A stretch of DNA of 64,000 bases from Octopus sinensis (taxonomy: Eukaryota): positions 6,510,001 through 6,574,000 of the forward strand of contig NC_042997.1 of the NCBI RefSeq assembly GCF_006345805.1, written 5' to 3'. This document shows positions 13,383-25,830 of the stretch, piece by piece. The translations under genes and the position numbers were made by a program. Every line of letters starts with the position of its first letter. The first letter of the stretch is position 1. Below the pieces are notes generated by a model. The model did not search any database. It was not told the origin of the DNA and saw nothing but the letters and a program-made list of their open reading frames with translations.

Positions 13383-13769
13383 ATGGAAGCACTCCGTCGG
13401 TTACGACGACGAGGGTTCCGGTTGATCCGAATCAACGGAACAGCCTGCTCGTGAAATTAACGTGTACGTGGCTGAGCAATCCACAGACACGTGTACCCTT
13501 AACATGGTTCTCGGGGATATTCAGCGTGACACAGAGAGTGACAAGGCCGGCCCTTTGAAATACAGGTACAACAGAAACAGAAAGTAAGAGTGAGAGAAAG
13601 TTGTGGTGAAAGAGTACAGCAGGGATCACCACCATCCCCTGCCGGAGCCGCGTGGAGCTTTTAGGTGTTTTTGCTCAATAAACACTCACAACGCCCGGTC
13701 TGAGAATCGAAACCGCGATCCTATGACCGCGAGTCCGCTGCCCTAACCACTGGGCCATTGCGCCTCCAC
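13383..13769 (-). mobile_element. tRNA-derived SINE, family C (complete)
   Basis: Minus-strand head gtggaggcgcaatggcccagtggttagggcagcggactcgcggtcataggatcgcggtttcgattctc; highly similar copy at 31290-31604. Confidence 0.85.
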
Positions 13770-14416
13770 ATTACAGCAAATACCTATGCAAAAAAATTAA
13801 AGGTATGTTTAATATTTCCTCTCGCATGTCTGAATGATACATTATAGTAGGGTTTGCTATGTCATGTTCCAAACGCTGTCAGCAAAGTAGCCCGTTTCAA
13901 AGAAAGCTTTGCCTTTACCGTGATATGATAATACTTACATTTGTATTGCTATAAGTTGTAGTTTACAGCATTTCCATTAGGTAATATTAAATTTGATACG
14001 ATAATGGTAGTGATTTTTTTCTGTTCACTGTTATTTTGCGCTGCAACTACATGAGTTTACTATAACTGTTTCACGCAAGTGATTTAAATATGGTATTTTG
14101 TATATTATCGGTTGTTCTTTGTGGGCGTGGCGTGAAAAATTGCTAACCTGTTCTTAGTTTTCGAAAAACTACAAGAAGACAAGGAGAATCTGTAAGAAAA
14201 GTAACTACGTCACTAATATTTTCTTCTTGTTCACCATTGTAGTAAGACGTTCTACATTTTACAAGACATTCAAATGCGTATGTTCTTGAGAAAAAACACA
14301 ATCCAAATTATTCGTTAAGTAGTCCGTAAACAATGTTTATTCTGACCACATTGTACACACAGCAACATGAGGTGAAGCTTTTGGATCAAGAACACATCAA
14401 AAACAACGATGATAAT

Positions 14417-14418
14417 AC

Positions 14419-14483
<65 letters not shown>

Positions 14484-14510
14484 GTAATAATGATGATGAT
14501 GATGATGATA
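14417..14510. repeat. (TAA)n then (GAT)n microsatellite
   Basis: Direct reading of the sequence. Confidence 0.95.
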
Positions 14511-14860
14511 AAATGGTACGGCCACCAACCCGAAGGCATCATCGAAAATAATGATGCAAAGATCCTATGGGTAAGGAAGAAAGAAAAGTCGATAGGTATG
14601 AGAGGTTAGCTTGGGAGGTCAAGCAGTTGTAGTCAATAAACAAGTGGTAGTGTTACCAATAATTGTCGGATCCCTGGGAATAGGGATTAAAAATCTCGAG
14701 GATTACATGGAACAAATACGGGATCCAATAAGTGTGGGGCACTTGCACAAAACAGCACTGCTTGGAACAGTTCGAGAAATAAGGTGTTCACTGGTAGTGA
14801 ACAGCTGACATCGAAGTACTTCTCCAACGTTAGAAGCTGTGCAAAAGCAATAATAATATT
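14511..14860 (+). mobile_element. 3' fragment of a Dong/R4-clade non-LTR retrotransposon (RLE endonuclease region, internally deleted)
   Basis: KWYGHQPEGIIENNDAKILW is joined to EERKVDRYERLAWEVKQL and VVVLPIIVGSLG...LHKTALLGTVREIR. TAA-rich tracts lie on both sides. Confidence 0.75.
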
Positions 14861-16767
14861 AGTGATAATAATCATAATAATAATTATAATAATGATGATT
14901 ATGATGACGATGATGATGGTAACGACGACAACAACAACCACAGCAACAATATTCTAAGCAAAACAGCATTGATATTTTTTAATTAGTTTATCACAAACAT
15001 TGCCGCAGTCTAATAACGGAAACAAGTTATCGTTGAATTTAGCACAATAAAACGGACGCATTGAGTTACGGGTTATGCCTATCTTTCCTTAGTATATAGG
15101 ACAAATAAGTTAATTCAAAATGAATTAGATTGTACCTATATTATTATTAAATTGTCTTTTCGGAAAGCTTTAGAGCTTTGGATAACGTGATCTACGCTAT
15201 TTACTTACATTCCTTTTCGCTTCGAATGTTGATAGTAGTAGCGTCATTTCCCAGGCTATACATAGTCAATTCATGTGAACCAGCAACTGTGAACTACTAC
15301 GATTAAATTACTAATCCTCTTTTCGTTGCCTTCTACCGGCGCTAAATCTGAGTAATATTATTCTATATTGAATGCCAAAGGATTATTGTTGAAGATAATA
15401 CATGTTAAAACTGCAATGTCAGTCTATCTTTTGAATACCAGAGTCACTTTGGAATACACAAAATATATTATCTAGTTGCCATTATGTAATTTGGAATTAA
15501 AAAGGCATCTTAATGTTATTCATTTTATATAATACAACATTATAATACGTTTTAAGTAACTGGGGGTATTTGGATTATGAATCTTCTCTATATTTGAAAA
15601 TACATATTGAGGATATACAATATATCTTTGACCATATTCTACACTTACATACGTTAGGCTTAAACATATTTTTGTATGCTTAACATAACAACATTTGAAT
15701 GGTTCAGATAAAGAAATACATTGCTCAATTACTACTGAAATACATGAAAGGCAAGATAAATCTAATTAGATATTGTTTAGTTTACTGAAAGAAAATATGC
15801 ATGAAGATGACGAACAGTAGTTTTCTTTCTCCGGTTATTTCACGATATAATTCTGAACATGTTATAATTACTTCTGATCACATGAATCTAACATGGTCTC
15901 TACCGAATCTATCGAAGTAGGAATTTGTAATTCAGTAAGAAATATGCAATTGTTTACATTTATTGGCGTAGGAAATAAAATGTCTTGGAAATTAAATAAT
16001 TCCGAACTTTATATGAATGAAAAACAAATCTAAATAAATGCAATTTTCTACACGAATAAATTTTGTCTCGAACTGCTTAACAATATAAAATAAGTTTAGA
16101 AACAGAAGTGAAGTACATTGTGACGTTTGTTATTGATTCATTCTCCTTCGTAAGGTACATTGATTTCGAAACATCCCAATTCTTTTAATATAAACAACTT
16201 TGTCAGAAACAATACATGCTTCAATGAATGTCAAAATTGAATCGTATAGGCAAGATTGTCTCGAATTCAATACATTACCCTACTTTCAAACATTACATCA
16301 AAAGTATTTAATAAAAGCAATGAGGATGTCTAGTTTTATATGTTCACTTATAAGCATGTCACACTGCACCTAACTACCATAATAACTATTAAAAAGTTCG
16401 ATCTAAGAAATTTCTTTAAATTTGGATCATTTAGTGGGCAGTTAATTTCATTGACTTTAGTATTAAGACTTCATGAAATAATTATTTTCCTAAAATCTTC
16501 CCCACGCCTATCTATTTCAAAATTAGCGGTGCTACAACATAAGATAGGTACACGGAAAATCATGCACATTAAAATATCTCTTTAAGAGCAACTTAATTAT
16601 CGACAATAAACTATTAATGCTTCATTAATGATATTCGTTTCAGCCAGCTGTTAAAAAAATTGTGGAAATTGGTAACGATAACATTTGAAGAGAAACTAAC
16701 AGAGCAGAGAAACAAATACAGGCAATGGCATGTGCAATTTATAAAATATGTAGGCATTTCAGTATTT

Positions 16768-16821
<54 letters not shown>

Positions 16822-18046
16822 TGTGTATAAAGAACATTTGTGGACGAGAAGGAAAATTCCTTAAAGGCAAATCAGAGCTTAAATAGTGAAATAAGTAATG
16901 AAATCAGTGGTGTGGCTTTTGAAAATATCAGTGACTCACTTTTTGCCAACCTCGTTGGTTTTAGCCTATTGTTACTTATTGGAAATGTTGATATTACGGA
17001 GTTGTTAATAGGGCTGCAAGAAATCGTATGATACTCGTGGTAGTATTACTAGGAGCAAAGTAATAGCTTTAGAAGTAGTGGCTGCATCAGCCTCACCATC
17101 AGAACAAATAATAAGATAGTAGAAATTTAAGCAGTGGTTGCAGTAATAGAGCTGAAAATAGTAGAAATACTGCGTGTAGTAGTAGTAGTTATCTTTTCCT
17201 TATCATATGGGAAAATGCTGCAGTTACCTCATCTCATTGTTCATGCGCTGCTCTTCCGAATAGATATCGTCCTATTCATCTACCGGGAAATTTGTTTTAA
17301 TCTTCTAACCACAGCATTTACGCATGCACTTCTAATGATCCTGCAGATACCCTGATTTGCCCTTTGTAGTTTTCCCCATATTAGTGTTCAAATGGAGATC
17401 TATCTATTAAGTTATTCCAAGTAGTTTGATATACTTTAGTTTATATTTTACTATTGATTAGCGACGTATTGCGCGTTTCATAAAACTTAGGGTTTCTGGA
17501 ATTTGGGTTACTCTGCTGTCCTGGTCCCCAGAAATATCTCATTTTAATTTTACCCTTACGTTTTACTTTTTTATCTACCGAAGAAGGTTGAGAAGAATAT
17601 ATGTTTACAAAAAGTGACCACATCAGAAAATTTAAGTTTTGGAACTAAAAATGTAAGAATCAAATAGGATTCCCTTAAGCATAATCTACATCTCTTTAGA
17701 TTAGCATTACGTAGGGGAGAGCTTAGGTCAGGTCTGGCTATTAAAATGTATGGCTCATATTCCTCTTCTTTAAATCATGAATATTGGATGCCAACGTAGT
17801 ATAATTGGAGTATTTGGCATTCAAAAGTGAGCTCGTGTGGGTCATATATGTACTTTTAAATCAGTAGTGCCCTCGGGATATTGCCTAATCATATCATTCT
17901 CCCCTCTAACAATATATATTTATAAACTACAATTTTTCTTAAGCAAAACTCCTGAAGGGGACATAAATATGAGGTTCTGAAATTAAAACTAAATTCGGTT
18001 TAGCGAAATGGCTTTTCCGTTTATGAAATTATCCTATTATACATGC

Positions 18047-18176
<130 letters not shown>

Positions 18177-20489
18177 TACATGTATATATTTCTGTATTAA
18201 GGCTACTGTTGTTTCCATGTTCAGAAAATTATCTTACCATCACAACAATTTTTCAAGCCAATAACTTGGAGGAAATTGTTCGTCTCCATATTTTATGAAA
18301 ACAGGAAAAATCTCGGAAATTCAAAAACAAAGTCTCGAAAATAAATAATATGAAATCAAGGGGCTCTACGCTTGGATGACACCTTCTGAGTGATTATTAC
18401 CCTTGGGTTTCATTTAGTGGGGAAATCCATCTTCGAGGACTAATTTGTTTGCATGATATTATATTATATTCTGGGTATGTGTGATGTTCGTATGATTGTG
18501 TACCAAGGGATTTCATCAGGGTGGTGCATGTGTCTTCTGTATATCTTCATAAAATATAGACAGAGAAGCGGCAGACAGTTGGTGATCCTGTAACGAGCAA
18601 TGTAGCTAGTTCTAAAATCTCTATACGAGATATAAATAGTAACAATACTAGACGTTCACACAAACATTTAACCACGAGAAGTAGTCTCACGTTGAGTAAT
18701 CTGCCTCTCCCTTATCAATGACATCTTTTTTCGTATCTTACATAAAGTCACATCTCTCTGTTATTTCCTCCCTCTCTCAATACGATGTATCATATGCCTG
18801 CAAAGATCAGTTAAACTACTATCCAACCAAACAACAACCAATGCAACTGACCAATCAACTAACAAAGCAAGCAAGCAAGCAAACAATCAACCAATCAACC
18901 AACAAACCAACAAAATAACCAACCGAGGAACTTGTATACACATCAGCTACCATTATATAGCGATAGCTTCTAAAATAATTTCTGGGAACTGAGAATGTGG
19001 AAAAATGAAAAAAATATCGATAGAATATTAACACTTAAATTAAATTAATAAAATATATTCCACAACCTCTATTTCTTTCAATAAGTATGGCCTTTATTTC
19101 TTATTATCCATCATTCAATTACATCGCATTACCCTTCTTGTTAGACTCCACAATTATTCAGTTTTGTTCCTCAATTCTAAAAGTTCCTTCTTTTAAAAGT
19201 GCACACACACACGCATACACACATATGAACGCATGCATTCACGCACAGACACACACGCGTATCTTGTTTTTATAACGTTCTCTTTTCAAGGTTAATACTC
19301 TCTTCTGGTTTTCACTATCGTTTAATAAATTCCCAAACTGAACGTAGCGTGAATAATTTCATGCATACCACGACAAGCACGATCACCACGAACACAATCA
19401 TCAGCAAAAACATCACCGTCACCAGTACCACTACGACCACAACCTCAAACACTACTACCACTGCTGTTGCTGCTCTGCTACTACTGCTGCTGCTGCCAAT
19501 ACTCCACGTTTGAAATAAGTACATTCCTCAAAAATGTTGCTTTCATTTTTCTATTTACTTTTCAATGCCTTCCTCGCTTTCTTAACTCAAATTCGAAATC
19601 GTAATAATGTTTCATTTACTTTGAAATCTATATGACTCGTTGTGTAAATATGTCAGTAAAGCAGTTAGATTTTCTATAGCTAACGTAAAACATTGTAGCG
19701 ATAAAAGCATTAAATTAGAGAATACCATAGAAACCGGCAGGAGAAATCCGATAAATAAGAGTAAATCCGAAAACTCTAGAATTCATTTTACGTCGTTTTC
19801 TAAAAGATTTTCACGTAGACAAATATCGTCACATACATAACCATAAACACATATGCTACAGAAATCTAGATGCGTACATATGGAGTATGCATGAATTACT
19901 GTATATGTATGTGTGCGCGCCTGTGTATGTGTGTTCTGTTTGTTCGTGAGTGTGTATGTGCGTGTGATGGTGTGTGTGTGTGTCTGTGTGTATGTGTATA
20001 TACATGTATAAATAAGTCTAGAATATTTATATAGCACTGAATATATTACAATAATTGTTTTAGATTGGCGATATTTCGAATATGATTTCCGCTATTTAAG
20101 TGCATAAATTTCTATAAAATAGTCTGCGTTTGTGTACGACAGAGTCTCGATTCTGAAGAATAAGGGATTTGCGGAATCGGTGGGTGGCATGTTTTGACCT
20201 GATGTACAAACGATGATGGCGTTGCAATTGTAACGAAGAGTAAAACACTGCTGTTATTCTGTTAATGTAACACTTGAAAATATGTGGCCATTTATAATTC
20301 GTTCGTTCGGCCAGCAAAGTTTCAACATTTGACACATGTACACTAACATACATGAATATCAAAGCCTGCTCACACACTTGCAAGTATATAATCGTAGATG
20401 TAATAAACTATGCTGGCATATGCATGCATCCATATCATATGAAAATATGTACAAAAACTCAAAGATTCGCTTTTGCATTGTTTACCTCT

Positions 20490-21070
20490 AGTGTGGACGA
20501 TCAATTGCAACCGCCTCCTATCCGAAGACGTCCAGATCAAACGACTTCATATCCGTCTTACAAACATTTTGAAACGAAGATGAGGTCGTCTTCGTGGCCA
20601 TTTTCCCATACAGGTGTTCTTTTGGGAACCTTCCGCCTGGCATGCGATAAACATGACCAGGCCAGCGCAAAGAACGCTACTAGAACAAGATATGTATGCA
20701 TGATATCTTGGATTCGTCGAGGTTTCGGTGATGGTGATGTCATCGATCCACATGATATCCAAGATGCGTCTCAAAATATGAAGCTGAATGACGTTGAGTT
20801 GCTGCTCCTGACTAGAGTAGAGTCTCCTTCTAATGAAGCTCGCCTTATAAATAGCAGTTTTGGTATTTCAGCCACTTTCTTTTGATTTCCCAGACTGTCT
20901 TTCTAAACCTAGCAAATGTGAAGTTTGCTTGTCTGATTCAATTGTTGATCTTTGTTTCCAGGGAGAGGTCTTCAACAATGGTTGAGCCGAGATAGGTAAA
21001 TTGTTGGAAGGTCTAGAGCTTGTAGTTGTTGATGATGATCGTGGGGGCGTACTTGAGACTTTGACCCATT
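20490..21070 (-). mobile_element. RTE-clade LINE ORF2 C-terminal fragment
   Basis: The minus strand gives QQFTYLGSTIVEDLSLETKINN, FARFRKTVWE and LRWPGHVYRMPGGRFPKEHLYG, typical of RTE/BovB. ORF 20352..20885(+) is its antisense shadow. Confidence 0.8.
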
Positions 21071-21639
21071 ATTTTGTTTTTTCTATGCATGTTTGTATAT
21101 ATGTGTAGATGTGTATGTGTGTGTTTGTGTGAATCTCTTGTTATTGTAATTTTTCAGTTTTCATTTTCCTGACAGTGCACGACACTGTAACAAGTCTAGT
21201 AACACGACACTGTAACAAGTCTCCCCGCATTAGGAAAAAGGCAAAACTCTCCTCTTACCTATTTTTTACTGAAAAAGTGTCTCTTCAATATCATATCAGT
21301 AGCTGCCTGGGAGACGTAGTCAATGGCTGCAACCGCTGGCAATGTGACCATATACACAAGGTAGTTGCCGTCATTCACATCAGTAATTATCATTCCAGGA
21401 AATAGATCATCACATTTCTCAGAGCCAGAGTGATGTCCTACACTCAGAAATTTCAACGCGCTTGCCTATTTTTCGCAGCCTCAAACTTGCAGCTGAGAGT
21501 AGGTTACGTGGTACAGTTACAATTCCCAGATCACATCGTACGTACACACACACTCAAAGACACATACAACTTTGGGGATGACTTGCATCACTATTGTCCT
21601 TCTTGAGGTCTCAGGAGATTTCGTGCGAGATTTGGCTTA

Positions 21640-21971
21640 CTTCAACATAAGCTGCATTCGCACAGACATAGTCATCTCAAAATCTACAAAACAGATCAGC
21701 AAGTATATCAACTGTTTGTATCCAGCGTGGAGTGCACATTGGCGACTCTCATGAAAGGAAGCGTGCCAAATACCAGGAAGTGGTAGAGCAGTGTAGAAAT
21801 CGGTCTGAAAGACACCTTGTGAACGAAATGAAGTGGGCTATCAGAGTTTCTGCTTTACTAGTAAAGTTCTGATTTGGAGTTACAGCGAAGAGGAGCGGAA
21901 TGAGATCCATTAGTAACGCTACAAAGAAAGACACTCAGTGGTTTTAGAGCAACAAAGAACGTCAGTGGTAA
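21640..21971 (+). mobile_element. HERO-type (R2 superfamily) restriction-like endonuclease fragment
   Basis: With frameshifts: RTDIVISKSTKQI, HERKRAKYQEVVEQCRNR, EVGYQSF and RSISNATKKDTQWF*SNKERQW*. This matches the RPD...HERKxxKY..L...EVGCRGF...RWLW pattern of HERO-like RLE C-termini. Confidence 0.7.
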
Positions 21972-22097
21972 ATTTGACGAATGCGACATATGTTGAAATA
22001 ATGGAGATTTCCTACGAAATCTCCTGAGACCACAGGAGCGACAATGACGATGCAATGCATGGCTCATGGTTGTCTTAGATATATATCCACTTGATAA

Positions 22098-22309
22098 TCA
22101 ATGTTTATATACTCTTTTAAGCTTTTACTTGTTTCGGTCATTTGGCTGTGGCCATGCTGGTTCACCGCCTTTAGTCGAGCAAATCGACCCCAGGACTTAT
22201 TCTTCGTAAGCCTATTACTTTTTCTATTGGTTTCTTTTGCCGACCCGCTAAGTTACGGAGACGCAAACACACCAGCATCAGTTGTCAAGCGATGTTGGGG
22301 GACAAACAG

Positions 22310-22315
<6 letters not shown>
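22098..22315 (-). mobile_element. SINE family A, 3' half
   Basis: Reverse complement of about 12690-12855. Confidence 0.85.
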
Positions 22316-22373
<58 letters not shown>

Positions 22374-22530
22374 TGTTGTTGGCATCCTTTTGTTTCGGGA
22401 GACAATGGAGTTGCGCATAAAATAGTCCAGTCCGACTTTTACATTTCATGTCCTGATACGTTTCCTGCTGTGGCTGTGTAGTCATATCCTGGACAAACTC
22501 CCACGCCTGTCGCCGCGGGACCACTCTTCC
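22374..22530 (-). mobile_element. RTE-like LINE extreme 3' end
   Basis: The minus strand encodes MKCKSRTGLFYAQLHC, resembling the RTE C-terminal CxSRIGLxSH motif, and ends ...aggatgccaacaacaa, a (CAA)-type tail. Confidence 0.55.
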
Positions 22531-23059
22531 ATCTTCCCCTCCCCCTCCGCTGCAGTTTTTTTTCCTTAACCCCCCCTCTTTGTACACACACGCACACACA
22601 TACATACACCCACTCACACACACACATTTGCATATATATATATACATTACACTTACACACACTTCAAATTTACTTGCCATACACACAACTACGCACACTG
22701 GACACACTACCACTCTACACACACACTGGCGCGTTACATACGCCCCCACCCTTTCCCTCCTTCCCTTCTTCCCTCCTTCCTCCCTTTTTTTAGAACTGAC
22801 CACTCACTCGAAACTTGCTATGTCATCTGTTCGCCCTGTACGCACTAACATATACATATTTTTTGATTTTTTATCTCGCCTAACACACACATACACACAC
22901 GCACACACTCACACATACATACACACGCACACACACATACCTCCCTGTTTCTGATCTGCCTTTCTGACTTGCTAGGGTACCCCCACACACTCCTTTAATT
23001 CTACTACTGCCTGCTACTAGCCACTGTCCACCATACACACACATACACACACACGCACT

Positions 23060-23376
23060 CACTCACACACACACCCTCGTTTTCTCGCACACCTTTTTTA
23101 CCATTCCCTCTTTGATTCAGCTCTCCTGTTTTTAAAAACATTTTCCTCCTTTTTTACCACTTCCGTATTTTCAGTATGTGACCTCGTGAAGACTACATGC
23201 ATATTTTTTCCTCTGTCCTCCCGTCTCGGGATCTTTCTTTCTCCTATGTTTCCGACGAAGAGCTCCGCTCGAAACGACATACCCTCCTTCTTCCATTTTC
23301 CTGAGCGCCTAATAATAATAATACTGTAATTGTTCCACGTGTTGTTGTTTTTTCTGTTTTCCCGTTTGGATTAACC
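23060..23376 (+). mobile_element. Penelope-like element terminal-repeat (pLTR/3' UTR) remnant
   Basis: Pyrimidine-rich segment containing a hammerhead-like fold, followed by aataatactgtaattgttccacgt...ggattaac and ending in (TA)n. The PLE assignment is inferred from the ribozyme motif. Confidence 0.5.
23248..23282 (+). ncRNA. Degenerate minimal type I hammerhead ribozyme
   Basis: gttt-CCGACGA-A-gagc(tcc)gctc-GAA-ACGA-C-atac. Stem II and GAAA are intact; the core has U4C, and the expected U16.1 and one stem I pair are mutated. Confidence 0.55.
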
Positions 23377-23407
23377 TATATATATATATATATATATATA
23401 CATATAT

Positions 23408-23566
23408 AAGACGGGCTTCTTTCAGTTTCCGTCTACCAATTCCACTCACAAGGCCTTGGTGGGCCCGAGACTATGGTAGAAAACACTTGCCTCAGGTGCC
23501 ACGCAGTGGGACTGAATCCAGAACCAATTGGTTCGTAAGCAAGCTACTTACCAGGCCGCCACTCCT
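23408..23566 (-). mobile_element. SINE family A, 5' half (tRNA head plus body)
   Basis: Reverse complement of about 12505-12660. Confidence 0.85.
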
Positions 23567-23903
23567 AGATCTACCTACCACACAGACACTCCTGCCCCTA
23601 TGTGCATTAAAGTATGCAATTTCCGTAGTCACTTCTTATGAATCAAGTGTAGGTACACCTGTGCCTAAATAATAGTTTGGAAAGGCAACATGAAAAGATT
23701 CGACCAGCAAGTATCGATGTTGGAACAGAAAATATACATAAATGACAATGAAATATTTCTCTTTAAAAAGAGTAGTAAAGGTAATATTTTGTGTAGGCTT
23801 GCATTTATAATATATAATATTATATATATTACAAATATTAAATATATATGGCGCGAACACAGACGCATAAACACACGCACAGACACACACATATATATAT
23901 AAA

Positions 23904-24281
23904 TTAATTTAGAGATTGTAGGCCCCTACATCTCTCCATATGAAAATAATTTTTATTTTTATTTTACATACCTACTGTTTTATTACTTGGCCACACGTGT
24001 TTCATAAGGTACATCCTCGGGTTCCTAAACCACTCCGTATTTTCCTAGAACCCTTCTTAAAATTCACCCAATCATCAGGCCCATATATCACTTTATCAAA
24101 TGGTCTGATGATTGGGGTGACATTTTAAGGAGGGTTCCAGGAAAACATGGAGTGGTTTAGGAACCCGAGGTTGTACCACATGAAACACGTGTGGCCAAAT
24201 AATAAAACAGTAGGTATGTAAAATAAAAATAAAAATTCCTTTTATATGGTGAGGTGTAGGGGCCTACTATCTCTAAATTAA
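23904..24281. mobile_element. Foldback MITE (almost entirely inverted repeat)
   Basis: Imperfect arms of roughly 175-185 bp (about 23904-24079 and 24095-24281) around a loop of about 15 nt. Termini are ttaatttagagattgtaggcccctaca and tgtaggggcctactatctctaaattaa. Confidence 0.85.
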
Positions 24282-24344
24282 AATATATTTCTTCATTGAG
24301 AATAATTTGAACCTCTGTTTTGCAGGAATTTTTATTCCCTAAAA

Positions 24345-24382
24345 AATTATATATATATATATATATTATATATATATATATC

Positions 24383-24415
<33 letters not shown>

Positions 24416-24420
24416 TATAT

Positions 24421-24491
<71 letters not shown>

Positions 24492-24505
24492 TATAGATAG
24501 AGATA
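24345..24505. repeat. Compound (AT)n + (AGAT)n microsatellite
   Basis: Direct reading of the sequence. Confidence 0.95.
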
Positions 24506-25065
24506 TATACCTTCATCTAAGTATAGATTGATAAAGAGATAGCTACATAGTATCCATTTAGACGAATTAACATGCAAATAAATTACTGATTTATTTTAAA
24601 ACTATCACAGTTTCGACATATTGACACGATTACGAAATAGTAATTTGATAACGCTCTATACTGAAAGGAGTGATAATCAGAACACAATAATTTTCTGAAG
24701 CTGATACATTTTGATAAAGTTGCTCAAAAGTTAATATTTATTTAATTAAATTAGTGGTCAAAATACGAAGACATTAAATAAATGGTTAACATCACGCATA
24801 CCAAGAGAAACATGAAACCAGTTGTAACACTGCATTGGACCATAGTTGCGTGTACATATATATGTGCGTTTTTCTTTGTTTGTGTGTTCGTGTGCGTGAT
24901 GTGTGTGTGCTTGTGTGTATGCTTGTTCATATATATATATATATATGCATATATATATGTGTGTGTGTGTGTTTGTATATATATATGTGTGTGTATGTGT
25001 GTGTATATATATATGTATATATAAATATATTGATACATATGTATATAGATATAGATGTGTGTGTG

Positions 25066-25114
<49 letters not shown>

Positions 25115-25115
25115 G

Positions 25116-25177
<62 letters not shown>

Positions 25178-25780
25178 AACAAGCTGGTGCATACACATAT
25201 ATGTCTGTATATATATTTTTATATATATGTATACATAAATACATACCCGAACACTCACATAATCACTCTCTCTCACACACACACACACATACACACGCAC
25301 ATACACTCACAAACACACACACACACACATATACACACGTGCACACACATACACTCAAAATCTTAAATACCTCGGGAATCGAAATATATTCAATAGTTGC
25401 TCCACAGAATTTTAGAAATGCGCACTGAAATGCTACTTAAAAGATCTCAGTAAAAGTAGATCCATTTATATTTATATGTAAATGTAAATAGTTCTTGTTT
25501 ATTCCCTTGGTGTAGTTTAAAATACGTTTTACTTAAAAACTACTTAAATAAATGTTTGATTCCAAATAGGTAATAGCTACGAATCATTACCTTAATATAT
25601 TTCTACATAAAACAAAGAAAATTAAATGTAACAAAAAATAAAATCATATCAACATAGGATCGAGTAATTGCTGATTTCAATGAGAAGTTTAAATATGGAA
25701 TATATCTATATGAAAATATCTTTCTTTATGCCTCTCTCTATCTCTTTGACCATAAATATCCTATCTCTCTCTTGCTTTAC

Positions 25781-25830
<50 letters not shown>

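Noticed and set aside
16840-17360. S/T-rich minus-strand pseudo-coding stretch with V/I/L-rich plus-strand ORFs
   Set aside because: There are multiple stops in every minus frame, and the composition is explained by low-complexity (GTA/CTA) repeats.
20352-20885. 177-aa plus-strand ORF
   Set aside because: It is the antisense shadow of the RTE fragment on the minus strand.
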